NCBI RefSeq assembly: GCF_006345805.1
Contig: NC_043012.1
Coordinates: 4,836,001-4,900,000 of the forward strand
Direction: 5' to 3'
DNA: 64,000 nucleotides
Source of the DNA: Octopus sinensis
Taxonomy: Eukaryota
A program made the translations under genes and the position numbers. Under the pieces are notes generated by a model that had not been told where the DNA came from, searched no databases, and saw nothing but the letters and a program-made list of their open reading frames with translations. Positions 23,409 through 37,085 of this stretch are shown here, one piece after another; the first letter of the stretch is position 1; every line of letters begins with the position of its first letter.

Positions 23409-26279
23409 AAGAAATTTCAGGAAGGCATATGCAGACATCGTACTTAAAGTCTGCCGCAACAGACCAGCTGTTGATTCTCATTGAACCTCAGAATTTTCGT
23501 CAGAAATTCGTCGCAATTCATTAGATAATTAGTGAATTTGCCGATTAATATGATGCCATCGTCCATTACCTCTTTAGACATGGAAGCGGATATATTTGAA
23601 TGATAAATATTGAGAGGAAAATGGTGACGATGTTCATGGTGTAAAAGAGACGATGTGTGGTGATGTGGCTTGTGTTGATGAGAATGATGATAATGATGAT
23701 GATGAGGAGGAGGAGGATGACAATAAGACGACAAAGGCGACGATTTGATGTTGATGATGATGATGCAAATGGTACTGATAATAATGAAAATGATGAGGAG
23801 GAGGAGAAGGAGGGAGAATAAGGAGCGGCGGTGTAAGTGAAAAAAGAGGAGAAAGAGCAGAATAGGAGGCGGGAGAAGGGGCATGGGAAAGAGGAAGAGA
23901 AGGAGGTGGATGGTGATGAAGGTGATACTGAGGATGATGACCGATGATGAAGATACAGAGAAGGATTGTGACGATAATAAGGAAGATGATAATGATTATG
24001 ACGATGCACGTCCAAGACTAATTTAACTTACAACTGGAAACCCGAGAAACTGCTTCATCTCTGATATAAACAATATGGATTGCCTCCCTTGGTTCAACAG
24101 TTTATCTCTTTTAAATGAAGAAGATAAATGGACGACTTACTAAAGATGAAAAAACTTGATTTTACCAGGGATCGTAAAAAAGAGGAAAAAACAAAAGAAC
24201 AGTTGCATACCACTGGATACATGAAATTGATTGATACTCTACAAACTTACTGACCTTTGACCTTTGATTTTCTTTGACATTTTCTATCATTCCACTGACT
24301 TTTCTTGGTGATCTTCTCTGTAACAACAACAATTGGTAGACTGGATATTTGCTTTTAACACTAATTCTTTTATCTTTCTTTCTACCGAATAAAATACGAG
24401 CCAAGTGGAGGTACAGTTCACAGCCTTCGTGAGTTGGACCATAGGAAAAGGAGGTAAAAAATGAAAGGTAAGTTTCGATGGTTTGAGTGATGATCTTTAG
24501 CGTGATAAAACCTAAACAGAACGGTAAAAATACAACGACGATGACGATGAAACAACAACAATAATAACAAAATTAACGGCAGTAGCAACACCAGCAGCAA
24601 CGGCGATTTCTCTTATATGACTGCTGCAACACACTGATGTTTTATCGATGGCGTATCTGAATGGGAATAGTCTTGACAAACCAATATGGTTCAGACAACT
24701 AACATTTGCAGTATAGATTGGTTCTCGTACAAAGATACTCCGGGGAATTAACTGGGCGGGAAAAACAAGAAAGTAAAATAGCGGTCGACAAATTTTATGA
24801 CGATAATAACCTAACCGTTAATTACCTATGTTCTGCAATTAAATCCTCTGTTCTCTCCGTGGTTATTTTATCGATTGCACTAAAAGTGAAAGCATTGCTG
24901 ACTTCCACGCTGTCAGTAAGCTACACCCATCTCGAAACACTTGCTCACTAAAATCTATAAATAGTAAAATTACGTTATGGTGGATACTCAAATGGGAGCT
25001 AATGTAGTTCACATAGTGAACCCCCGAAATTTCAATTAATTGAATTCACACACGAAATGGATATAAAAATCAATCTTCCATCCATCCATCCATCCATCCA
25101 TCCATCTATTCATCCATCCACTCATCCAGGTCAGGCGACTTGCCTGGACGTATGTAAGTCTTCCACATTAGATGTCCCACTCGAGCGACGAGGCAAGAAC
25201 ATTTGGCCTGGGTTCTAATTACATTGGACTTGCCTTCCGCTAGCTGAAATAACTCATTTGTACAAACCACAACTACAAATTATAACAGTATTCACTAACT
25301 GAAGTGGTTGATCCTGGCTAGTTCAATTACTGAACTGGCCAAGTTCACTGCCATTCCACTGACCATTCCTATTAATCTGCTGATGTCCATTGTCCATGTC
25401 GGCCATTCTACTAACTCCATTTATCTTCTCTGTCACTCTCTTTATCTTCTCTATCATTCCACTGAGCTTCATTATCCCTCTGCTGACTGATAATCTTCTC
25501 TGTAACTCAAATTAGCTGCATATTCATTCGTTCAGCATCGAGTTATTCAAGAAATTCGTTTGCTGAAATAATTCACATCCATCATGCGACATCCCATGAT
25601 TTCAACGTAATCTGTTTCCAGTGGTTACATGCTATTAACCTTCAGCTGGAAGCCTGACAGCGGAAGAGAGTAGATTTGAGAAGAATAGAGGCTAAGATGT
25701 AGTTCCGTACTATTCAAAGCCTTGGAAGTCACGAACTAGGATCCCACTACCGAATACAGTTTAAAGTTACCCAGGACTTAGATGGCAATCGTTTTAATAA
25801 TAAATGTCAAGAACAAGGAAGAATTCCGGCGTGAAGTGGGATTACTCCTGGCCAACTGCATCCAGTGATGAAGCTCCAAATCTTAGTTACCAATTCTCTA
25901 GGGTTTACTCTGGTCCTGAATGGTAGCATCCATAAAGGTTTCCAACTATGGAACAAATAGTAAAAGGTTCTGTTCCATAAATTCCTAGATACTCTGTGAC
26001 CACACTCAGGCGTTAATTGAAGCAATCCCTCTGTCTAAGAGTCCCAAACATAAACTCGGGAAGGTAGGGGTCTATTAAACTAAGCGATAAATAAACCCGA
26101 AAATGGGAACATAAACTTCTGCGGTGTTCTCGAGAAACTCATGAAACTTCAGGCTTTAGCATGAAGCCCAATGATCGCCAACGCTTGTAGGTTTAGTCAC
26201 ATGAGGCGAAGTAAGATAGATAGATAGACGGGGAGAGAGGGAGAGAGGAGGGATAGAGAGCAAGAGATGAGGAAAGAAA

Positions 26280-26315
<36 letters not shown>

Positions 26316-27354
26316 CTGTGGTGAAGTTGCCGTGAGGTGTGCAGTAGCCATCGCTTCTTTCTTCCTACTTCTGTCACAAAGCAGAGGAACCATGGTGTAA
26401 CCCACTATGGTGTGGTAAATTTTCAGACCCTAGTCTAGATTGCGAATCCTCTGTACCCCAGGATGGTTCAGCTCTCCACCCGTTAAAAGCCATCGTTTAC
26501 GGATTGAGGATAACAACGTAGCTTTCGCGCCCGTGCAACCGCCAGTCTATCGCGTGTGGTGGGTGGAGCTTCAAGTTTGCCGCACGCATTCTTAGTAGCT
26601 TAGAGTAGGCTCGAATTAGAGATTATTCTTTGTGGCTAATGGCGTGAGTCCTGATTGGAAGAAGAAGAGAAGAAGAAGCAGCAACAACAAAACAACAGCA
26701 TCGACAAGAACACACTGCGAAAAAACCCGGGCTTACAAGAGATTGCCTGTAGAGTCGTCTGATATCCTAGACATAGCAACCGAACCTCCCTTAAGCCATC
26801 ATCCACCCCACCTCCTTTGGAAATAAGGATACATTGTTTTTTAATGGGCCCCATTCACGTAATACAATGTCTGCAAAAAAAAAAAAAGCAAAGGCATGGT
26901 CGAGGCTGGAACCTCTTTGACTATAAACTCTGCTTCTGTTGGGGAATAAAAGGTTGACACGAAGCAAAAAGAAAATGTAATAAAAGAGTAATTAAAAAAA
27001 AATACTACAAAAATAACAAGAACAGCAACAACAACAACAACCACAGTATACGCTCCAGCAACGACAACAACTACAAAAGCCCTAGAGAGCGAAAGGGTAG
27101 TATAGGTTTTAATTACATATTTATAACGTGCAACGACTGGCGTTTAGAGCCGTTCACGGAAATTGCTGCAATGAAGAAGCGCATGGCAGACATAATATAA
27201 AGCCGTAATATGTCTGCGCAACATAAAAACCAAACTACCATGGACTAGGCGTCTAGCTGTACATGGGATTATATATATATATATATGTGTAAATATATAT
27301 ATGTATACTATATATATAATATATATATATATGTGTGTAATATATATATGTATG

Positions 27355-27447
<93 letters not shown>

Positions 27448-27799
27448 AATATATTATACGTATACATGGTATGTCTGTGTGTATGTAACACTTAGGGCTG
27501 GCACTTTCCACTTCTGCTAAGATATATATTTACACCTATATATATATATAATATATATATATATAATAATATACATAGACACATATATGCATCGTATGTG
27601 TTTTTATATGCAATATATATGTGTATATATATATATATATATATTTATACATGCTTTCATATATGTGTATATGTATATATATATATATATATATCTCGAC
27701 ACGCATGTAAGTATGTACATATATGAAATTACACATACAATATATACGTGAATGTGTGTTTCTGACTTTGTGTGTGCGTGTTTGCGTATACAACCATCG

Positions 27800-27892
27800 C
27801 CAAAACCACCACCACCAGACACACCACCACCACCAACACCAGCACCAACACCAACACCAGCACCAACACCAACACCAGCACCAACACCAACA
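27800..27892. repeat. ACC-rich minisatellite (ACCAACACCAGCACCAAC units)
   Basis: Seen directly; source of the GVGAGVG ORF. Confidence 0.9.
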
Positions 27893-28025
27893 ATAAGCGG
27901 CACTGAGACTCCGCATCTCCGAATGAAAACGAAACTATGCCGTATACGTTGAATACACTCAGTACTTAAGCACTTAAGGATAAAACACTAAGGAACTTAA
28001 AACACTAGCACACAAATACGTACAC

Positions 28026-28076
<51 letters not shown>

Positions 28077-28319
28077 ACAAACACATACACACACACACAT
28101 CTAAAATATAAATAAATATGTCACGGCTTTAATTTGTCTGTGCTTTATTGCCGTTATTAATTTGAAAGTCTTTAAGTCTAGCTAACAATTTTTTTCTTTT
28201 TCTGTTTTTCTCATCTTTTTCTGATGTTTGGTTCTTTACTGGTGATTTGTGCCTCGACTTGATATATGGATGTGTGCTTGTCTGTGTGTCAGGGTTTGTG
28301 TGTATACATACATATATAC

Positions 28320-28352
<33 letters not shown>

Positions 28353-28669
28353 GGTATATGTATATATATACATGTATGTATGCATATATGACTGCATGTA
28401 TATACATGTATGTGGATATATTTACGTATACATATGCATGTACATATATATGTATGAGTGTCGGTAAATATCAACAACGTAGATATGTGTATTTATATGA
28501 AGCATCTATATATATGCACGCATATATATATATATAGTTAGATAGATAGACAAAGAGGTTGATACGCACACATATGTATATGTATATATGCATATATATA
28601 TATTATATATATATATATAATATATATTATAATATAAACATCTATGTATGTTTATATATATATATATAC

Positions 28670-28804
28670 ATACAGATAGCTAAATATATTGGATAGATAA
28701 TAGATAGATAGATGGATAGATAGACAGACAGATAGACAGAGAGATAGATAAATAAATAGATAGATAGATAGATAGATAGCTAGATAGATAGGGAGGTAGA
28801 TAGG

Positions 28805-28843
<39 letters not shown>

Positions 28844-28848
28844 GGAGG

Positions 28849-28880
<32 letters not shown>

Positions 28881-28907
28881 TAGATAGATAGATAGATATA
28901 TATATAT

Positions 28908-28953
<46 letters not shown>

Positions 28954-28999
28954 TGATATTGATAGATCGATAGATATATAGATAGACAGACAGACAGAC

Positions 29000-29040
<41 letters not shown>

Positions 29041-29041
29041 T

Positions 29042-29084
<43 letters not shown>

Positions 29085-29097
29085 TATATATATATAT

Positions 29098-29130
<33 letters not shown>
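28670..29130. repeat. (GATA)n/(GACA)n complex satellite
   Basis: Seen directly; source of the YLSI ORFs. Confidence 0.95.
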
Positions 29131-29132
<2 letters not shown>

Positions 29133-29330
29133 CATTGGCTTCTGCTTGCCATATTGAATGTACATGCTGCATCGTAAAAAATTGATTCTAGTCATAAAAG
29201 ACACGGATGGTAAAAATGCTATATAGTTTCATTGTTTGAATGGACTGCGCACAATAAAAAAAGACACGATAAAGAAATCGAAAAATATCTAAAACATAAA
29301 ACGCCAAATGCATAAATCACACTGATTCAT

Positions 29331-29373
<43 letters not shown>

Positions 29374-29494
29374 ATATATATATTATATATATGTATGTAT
29401 ATATACAGACGCGTAAATGTGTGTGTGTGTATACTTCCTATTCTGCATGCAGTGCATATCCCTGAACGAGGGATTTACGTGACTCTGTATATTA

Positions 29495-30370
29495 CAAGGG
29501 GGTCCCAAAAGTAAACGGAAACGTGCTCTTTGAGGCAAACCCGTTGTAGTTCAAGTTTCCGCCGCTAGAAGTCACTTTAAGCAGCCCTCAGGCAACAGTC
29601 TGCCGACTGGTATCGTCTTCTGAGGTCGTGCCGTTAGGTGTCGAGTCTTTGCTTTGCGGTGTTTCTCTCTTGTTCGTCGAATTTCACAATGGCTGAAAGG
29701 AATGAGCAGCGTGCTTCCGTGAAATTCTGTTTTCTGCTGGGGAAAAACGGCGGCTGAAACAATTTTCATACTTCAAATAGCTTACAAAGAGGCTGCCATG
29801 AACATAACAAATGTGTACGAGTTGTTTCCACACTTTAGGAATGGTCACGTGTCGCTTGAAGAGCAACCTCGTTCAGGACGGCCATCGATCTCCCGAACGA
29901 ATGAAAACATGAATATTCATTAACTGTTCTTTGAGGGCCGCCAAGAAACAAACAATTGACGAACTTTTTGATATGACAAGTGTGTCCTCGAGCTTCTTCC
30001 CACAAATTTTGAGCGAAGAATCGCGAATGAAAAGTGTTGCAGCAAAATTTATACCTCGCTAACAGAAGATCAAACGCAGTCACGGTTGAATGCGTGTCTT
30101 GAACAGAAAGAACAGTTGGAAGTTGATACGGACCATTTTTCGAAGGTCATCGCTGGTGACGAAAGCCGGTTATACGGAATCTGCAGATGTGGAAGAGATG
30201 AAGAAAGAAATAACGGATGGGTCACTTCACAAGAGTTCCAGGACTGATTGGAAAAGTGGAAAACGCGTCTGAACCGATGCATTGCTTCAGATGGGGAATA
30301 CTTTCGAGGCGATAAACGCGTGAGTACGAAAACTAAGTGAATAAAATGAAATTCCGGTTTCTTTTGGGTA
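29495..30370 (+). mobile_element. Mariner element, internally deleted and frameshifted
   Basis: ATG at 29689: MAERNEQRASVKFCFLLGK...EEQPRSGRPSISRTNEN, VIAGDES, KWKTRLNRCIASDGEYF; ends GTCCCAAAAGTAAACGGAA and TTCCGGTTTCTTTTGGG are inverted; TA at 29493. Confidence 0.9.
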
Positions 30371-30790
30371 CACACACACACACACAAACTCACACAATCG
30401 TGCATATTTACGTATGACTGTGTGGTTAAGAATTTCTGTTCAGCATGAGCAAAAGTCTTTTACTTTAACCGCAGACCGATCAATGCATTATGAGTTGATT
30501 TGCTAGATTTCTGATGAACCCATCGAATATATATAATGATAAGTATTGAGGTCTAAAATTCTACAGAGCGGTGCCCCAGAATGGCCGCATTCAAAAGACG
30601 GAAACAAAAACGACATGTAAAAAATATGTTTGTATATATTTATATATGTGTGTATGTGTGTGTATATATATATATACATATATATGTATATATATATATG
30701 TGTGTGGTGTGTGTGTATATAATATATGTATGCATATCTATCTATCTATCTCTCTCCTCTCTATATATATATATATGTTATATATATGTA

Positions 30791-30834
<44 letters not shown>

Positions 30835-31399
30835 ATAGACGATAGGTAGGTAGGAGATATATAGATATAGTTATAGACATATACTAGCTGACGTAACGGT
30901 AACCCGGTTGCGTCATATACACATACACCACACACTAACATCACACACACACACACACACACACCACACAACCCATACAACACCAGACCAACAATACGTG
31001 TGCTTTAGAAGTTTGCTCTGTACCCCTGAGCTACCGAGTCCCCCCATGCTCGATCTCACTGTTCGCCATTATAGACAAATTAATTTTTACGAATGAAACC
31101 CTACAAATGAAACCAGACAAACGGAAATTGTGTTGAATCCCATCGGACGGACTGCTCAACTGAAGGTTGGTCCATTGTATTAAAAGACAATGGAATAATA
31201 TACCCGACTGTCTTCCACACGGTTCATTGAGCTTCAATAAAATCGACCAGCTTTGTAATCGATTGTGTTACACTGGTTTGCGATGCCGATTACATTACGG
31301 GTTTAATGTGTCTGCGGAATACACAGCCACTTACGCGCTAATTGTCCACCATGACCACATACTCACCTGTCATAGGCACCAGGCGCCACCACACGCCAC

Positions 31400-32735
31400 G
31401 TCACTATGCATCACCAATGCCACACCATCAGGCATCATTGTTATACATCACTATCAGAACAGTGCTACACGCCACCACAACGAAGCTTCTACCATTGCAC
31501 CACCGCTACCCACTACCACACTACCACCACCACCACCACCACCACCACCAGTATCACCGCCACTCTCACCACCACTATTACCACAACTACTGCCACCATC
31601 ACAACAACACTACCTCCCCAACTGTCGTCACCGTCGCCGCCACCACCACCACCAACAACAACAACACCATGCCCACCACCACGAAACTCGCCATCACTAC
31701 CTCATCCACTGCCACCACCGTCGCCGCCGCCATCATCACCACCATCATCATATTCACCACCACCACCACCACCACCACCACCACCACCACCACCACCATC
31801 ACCATCACCACTACCACCACTACCGCTGTTACCACTACCTCGTTCACTGACACCACCGTCGCCGCCGTAATCAACACCACCGCTACCACAACTGTTACCA
31901 CAGCTACCGATGTCACGATCCCCTCCCCCCACTCCCACCACAGTACCCCCCACCACCACCAATAACAACAACAACAGCAATACCCTGCACACGAGTCATT
32001 CCGTTTTCAGTGTCCCTTGTCTGTAAAACAAAACTAAATGAATTGTTAAAATGGACATTTCAGATAATATTTCACGCTGATTGATTGAGTGGACAGTAGT
32101 TTGAGTGGTGGCGGGTGCTTGGTGGTGCTGGTAGTGGTAATGGTGGCAGTAGTGGTTGTAGTGCTATTAATGGCATCAGTTTTGGTATTGAGAGCGGTGG
32201 TGAAGTTGGTACTGGTGTTGGAGTTATCATTGTGATAGTCGTGGTGGCTTCGTTAATAGCACATGGACGTCAGTGGTGCTGGTGGTAGTAGTAGTAGTGT
32301 TGCTGGTGGTGGTGGTAGTGGTGATGGTGCTGGTGGTAGTGGTGATGGTGCTGGTGGTAGTGGTGATGGTGGTGGTCGTAGTGGTGGTGGTGGCGAAGTT
32401 GTAAATAACAGTTGTTGCTGATATGGTGTGGTAGTGGTGATGGTAGTGGTGGTGGTGGTAGTGGTGGTGTGAGGAACTTAGTATTGATGAGTGTTGTGGA
32501 GGCAGTAATAACAGTGGAGTCAGTGTTGTTGTTTCTGTTGGTGGTGGTGGTGGTGGTGGTGGTGGTGGTAGTGGTAATGGTGGTGATGATGATGTCAGTT
32601 GGTTGGGGTGTGGGTAGTAGGTTTTGATTTTGTCGTTGCTGTTATAGTATTGGTGATGATAGAGAGAAGAGGTGACGATGGTGTTAGCGGTGGTTTTTGT
32701 TGCTATGGTGATAGTGGTGGTGGTGGTGGCAGTGC
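31400..32735. repeat. Long cryptic (ACC)-rich block and opposing (GGT)-rich block
   Basis: 31400-31980 is C/A-rich, 32105-32735 is G/T-rich, separated by about 120 bp of ordinary sequence. Confidence 0.9.
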
Positions 32736-33179
32736 TACGAGTGGAACAGATATTGGCGGTGATACTAGAATCGATAGTAACATTGGCGGTAGTAACACGA
32801 GCCGTCTGTCCTGCGTAAGATCTTAAACTCCATCCAGTCCTGGGGCCCTGATTAGGGACTTCGAACGCATCGAAGAGAGTTAACCACCTTTCAGCCACCG
32901 TTGTTGCCCAGACTACTCAGACCTGCAGTAGCATCCCCGACCATAGTTTCAGTTTCGGGTTAATTAGCATGTGATAGAATTGCTTTCAGAACATGGTTTC
33001 TCACAGACACGGCAAAGAAACCAGGGCAGATGAGGCCTCTACAGCTCTTTAGTCTTTCATCAAAGAAAACGTAACCCCATACAAATACTGCATTATGTTA
33101 ACCGATGAGCGCGTGACACTTGATACATGTTTCACAGACGAGAGAATTGAACTAGCTTTGCATAAATCATGTCCACTAT

Positions 33180-33402
33180 AATACTCTTTTACTCTTTTAC
33201 TCTTTTACTTGTTTCAGTCATTTGACTGTGGCCATGCTGGAGCACCGTCTTTAGTCTTTAGACCCCAGGACTTATTCACTGTAAGCCTAGTACTTATTCT
33301 ATCGGTCTATTTTGCCGAACCGCTAAGTTACGGAGACGTAAACACACCAGCATCGGTTGTCAAGCGATGTTGGAGGGACAAACACAGATATACAAAATTA
33401 TG

Positions 33403-33450
<48 letters not shown>

Positions 33451-33612
33451 CGAAGGGCTTCTTTCAGTTTCCGTCTACCAAATCCATTCACAAGGCTTTG
33501 GTCGGCCCGAGGCTATAGTAGAAGACACTTGCCCAAGATGCCACACAGTTGAACTGAACCCGGAACTATGTGGTTCGTAAGCAAACTACTTATCACACAG
33601 CCGCTCTTACGC
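33180..33612 (-). mobile_element. SINE-B, full length
   Basis: Reverse complement of the 8797-9245 consensus with TACTCTTT tail. Confidence 0.9.
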
Positions 33613-34289
33613 TTATTTAATATATAATAAATACAATAATATTTATTTTGAAGGAGTCTCTGCTATTAACGAAGTCATCAGGGCCACCACAAGTAACACT
33701 ACTACTACCAGCAACACCACTAACGTCGCCTGCTATTAACGAAGTCACCACGACCATCACAGTTCTAACCACCACTACAATAATAACCCCAACACCAATG
33801 CCAACTACTCCACCGATATCAATACCATCTCAAATGACATTAATAGCTCTACAACCACCACCATCACTACCAATACTACCACCACGATACAAACTAGCGT
33901 GAGGGTCCAGCAAACTAAGACACCAGCGCCAACACCATCACACTTTCTTCGTGTGTCCAATGGCAATAGGATTAGAAGCGACGAGGACAAGTAGAAGATG
34001 ATACTGGATGTCATTAGCTTTGATCCTGCACGCAGGCGCTCATAAGGTGATGGACGTTTTCCACAGAAATGGCGGTAGATGTGGATTTACAGATGTCTCT
34101 TTTTCAACTCTAAACCGTCGAAGCGGCATGAGAGGATAATATCAGTGCCGGTGGTTGTGGACGATGTTGCTTTTGGTGGCGAAGCTGGTAACCGTTGTAG
34201 TGAATTTGACACTGGTGGTGTTGGTGGCAGGTGCTTTCAGTGTTGTGGTGTTGATGTTAGTTTGGATTATTATTATTAGTGATTACAAG

Positions 34290-34490
34290 GCGGCGAACAG
34301 GCAGGACCATTAATACGCCTGATAAAATGGCTTAGCAGCATTTCGTGAGTCTTTATGATCTGAGTTCAAATTCTACCGAGGTTGACTTTGCCTTTCATCT
34401 TTTGGAGGTCAATAAAATAACGAAAAGATGGACGAAATGCCGCTAAGCATTTTGCCGGGAATGCTGACGATTCTGCCAGCTCACCGCCTG
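34290..34490. mobile_element. SINE-A (+) joined to an inverted SINE-A head (-)
   Basis: GGCGGCGAACAGGCAG... at 34290; GACGAAATGCCGCTAAGCATTT...CTGCCAGCTCACCGCC at about 34430-34489. Confidence 0.75.
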
Positions 34491-34559
34491 GCATGTATGC
34501 GGTGTGCTTGTGTGAATATCTGGTCATGAGTTGTATGTATGTATGTGTGTATGTTTGTC

Positions 34560-35030
34560 TCTTCTATTTTCTAATTATCATAAATCTTCCACTAAGGAGG
34601 TAGCCGGTTTCCAACGAAGATATAAGGTTCCATCTTTGGGATGTAGTTAACACAGACAAATTCACATTTGGGACTTGAGATAAGTCTTGCATATTTTTAC
34701 TGTTCGACTCACAGATTGCACTTGTAATGTGCGAATCAGTCGGTCGATTTCTCTTTCTGAAAATCCCATTTTATCCAAATTTTCCTTTAAATATTTACTA
34801 AAAAAACCTAGTCTTCCAATTATTATTGGTATAAAAATGAATTCACAGTCTGGATATAGAAGCTGTGATTTTCAAAGAGATATTTATAACTTCAGGGCAG
34901 CTGACCTCTATGATGGTACATACCTTTGTTCCCCTGTCTCAAACAACAAAATCCGGTCCGTTATGCTTACATTTGACAGAAGTTTTGATGGGAATATTCC
35001 ACTAGTATTCCTTGAGTTGGTGTTTATGAA
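34560..35030 (-). mobile_element. 3' end of an RLE-type non-LTR retrotransposon
   Basis: WNIPIKTSVKCKHNGPDFVV*DRGTKVCTIIEVSCP (PD..E endonuclease motif) then LLYPDCEFIFIPIIIGRLG...IRTLQVQSVSRTVKICKTYLK. Confidence 0.8.
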
Positions 35031-35049
35031 TGTATTACATATATGTATG

Positions 35050-35083
<34 letters not shown>

Positions 35084-35199
35084 TGTATGTATGTATGTAT
35101 GTATGTATGTATCTAATAATAATTATGTGGGTGGAGGTAACGCACGGGTGTTTTTTTATGCATCTCACTATTTTTAATGCAAACACAAGACCAGCAATT

Positions 35200-35410
35200 T
35201 TAAGGGAAGAGGGTCAGTTGATATCTCGACCACAGTACCTGACAGCTACTGTACTTTATCTTCCACGAAAAAAAGAATATTGAAGAAAAATTGTAAAAGG
35301 CAAAGTCGTACTCAGCGGGATTTGATCTCAGAAAGCAAAGAGTCAGACAAAAAAAAGAAGCCTCGGAGCATTTTCTCCGACGCTGTAACGATTGCGCTAA
35401 TTCCTCACTC
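35200..35410 (-). mobile_element. Old SINE-A
   Basis: AAAAGGCAAAGTCGTACTCAGCGGGATTTGATCTCAGAA motif. Confidence 0.6.
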
Positions 35411-35711
35411 TTGTATGTATTTTTAATGTTTCATGGCGGCAGAACTGCACGTACGTATCTGATAACATTTTATGTTGGTGGTAACGTGTATGTGCGTATA
35501 CCTGATAAAGCCTGCAGCAAGTGTAGGTGGTGTGCTGGGCGTATGCGTCTACCTAAGCTGTATAGTGTATATAGTACGTGTGTACGTGCGTGCATGCGTG
35601 CGTGTGTTTGTATGTTGGTGTATGCATTCGCGCTTGTGTGTATGTTTGATAATACGCCATGTTGATGGTGTGGGTGGAAGACAAGCATAATAAAAGTAGT
35701 AATAATAATAA

Positions 35712-35769
<58 letters not shown>

Positions 35770-36242
35770 TTATTATTATTATTATCATCATCATCATCAT
35801 CATCATTATCTTGTATTTATTTTTTCTTTTGCTTATTCGTGAAGTTTGATATCTGTTATGACATTATCACTCGAGGCAGATCAGAGCTCAAATTAAAATT
35901 TACTGCTTTTTCCTGCCTGTCTGTTCAACCTATCTGCTGTTGCACCACACAGACCGGCGGCAGACCACTAGACGGACAGACTGGCAGACCGACAAACTGA
36001 CAGACCGATATATAGGTAGACAGACCAGCTTCATTTAATATATACATTTGTGTGTGTATATACAAATATGGCCTGGTCGCTTAGCCAGCGGGGTGGCGTC
36101 ATTCGAAGGCTAAAAAAAACAATGCGAACGCATTGTGACCAGCGATGTGTAACTACATCTGATGAACTGGTCGGTCACGTGATCACGTGATATACAAATA
36201 TATATATATATATATATTTAAATTTATATATATATTATATAT

Positions 36243-36278
<36 letters not shown>

Positions 36279-36539
36279 GTAATTATATATGTTTATACGT
36301 ACATAAATAGATGCATACGTGTGTGTGTGTTTGTGTGTGCATGTATAATGTAAAGAAGCATAGATCTATACCGGTTAAATGATTACCATAATTTTGTTTA
36401 GACTTTTGGATAAGGAGTTTTTCTTAACGTCGAAGTGATTTATTAAATCAAATTAATGCACACTCGCATGTATCTACATGCGTACCTATGCATATATATC
36501 TGGCTATATACGAAGTGATATCACTAAAGTTCTGGACTA

Positions 36540-36945
36540 GTTCTGGAAAGCGCCAACAGATGGCAGCACACGGACAAAGGACCAATGTAAAACTTTGGAT
36601 GTCTGCTACAGAGATTTTGCACAAGCTTCGGCGATGAAGCAATGGATCGTACTCAATATTTCGAGCGGCACGGACGCTTCTAGAGCGGTAGAATGTCGCA
36701 GGGAGACTGTGAGCGATCTGGAAGATCTACCACGAGCGTAAGCTCCGGAAATGCGGCGAAAACTCATCAGCTTGAGCATGACGATCGTCAGAGGACAATC
36801 AACAATGTTTTGAAGCGATGTTTGAAGGCGAACATTCTGCGAAATCGTCCGAAACTGACTGGTGTGCGAAGAACTGGATTTCCTTAGAACGACAATGCAC
36901 CCTGTCACGGAGCTCTCCTCATTCGTGATTTTCTCGCCTAATACA
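36540..36945 (+). mobile_element. Mariner transposase remnant with internal deletion
   Basis: FGDEAMDRTQ...DCERSGRSTTSVSSGNAAKTHQLEHDDRQRTIN joined to RNRPKL...NDNAPCHGALLIRDFLA. Confidence 0.8.
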
Positions 36946-37015
36946 ACGTGGTATTGCTTCCACATACATATACATACAAACATACACGCACACACACACA
37001 TACACATACATACAC

Positions 37016-37046
<31 letters not shown>

Positions 37047-37085
37047 CATATGTAATGGAATAATTGTTATGAAGCATAGTGTAGA

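Noticed and set aside
31167-32898. 200+ aa His/Pro/Thr-rich ORFs
   Set aside because: They arise from trinucleotide low-complexity tracts open in several frames; no domain or splice support.
32940-33180. LTDERVTLDTCFTDERIELALHKSCP, LINE-like pre-RT segment
   Set aside because: Too short and too interrupted to assign with confidence.
34687-35283. 198-aa plus-strand ORF
   Set aside because: Antisense to an RLE-LINE 3' end and extended by a (TATG)n tract.
36155-36192. CTGATGA inside a short interspersed repeat (about 36068-36192); also CTGATGA at 14321, 30512 and 56273
   Set aside because: No downstream stem II plus GAAA box.
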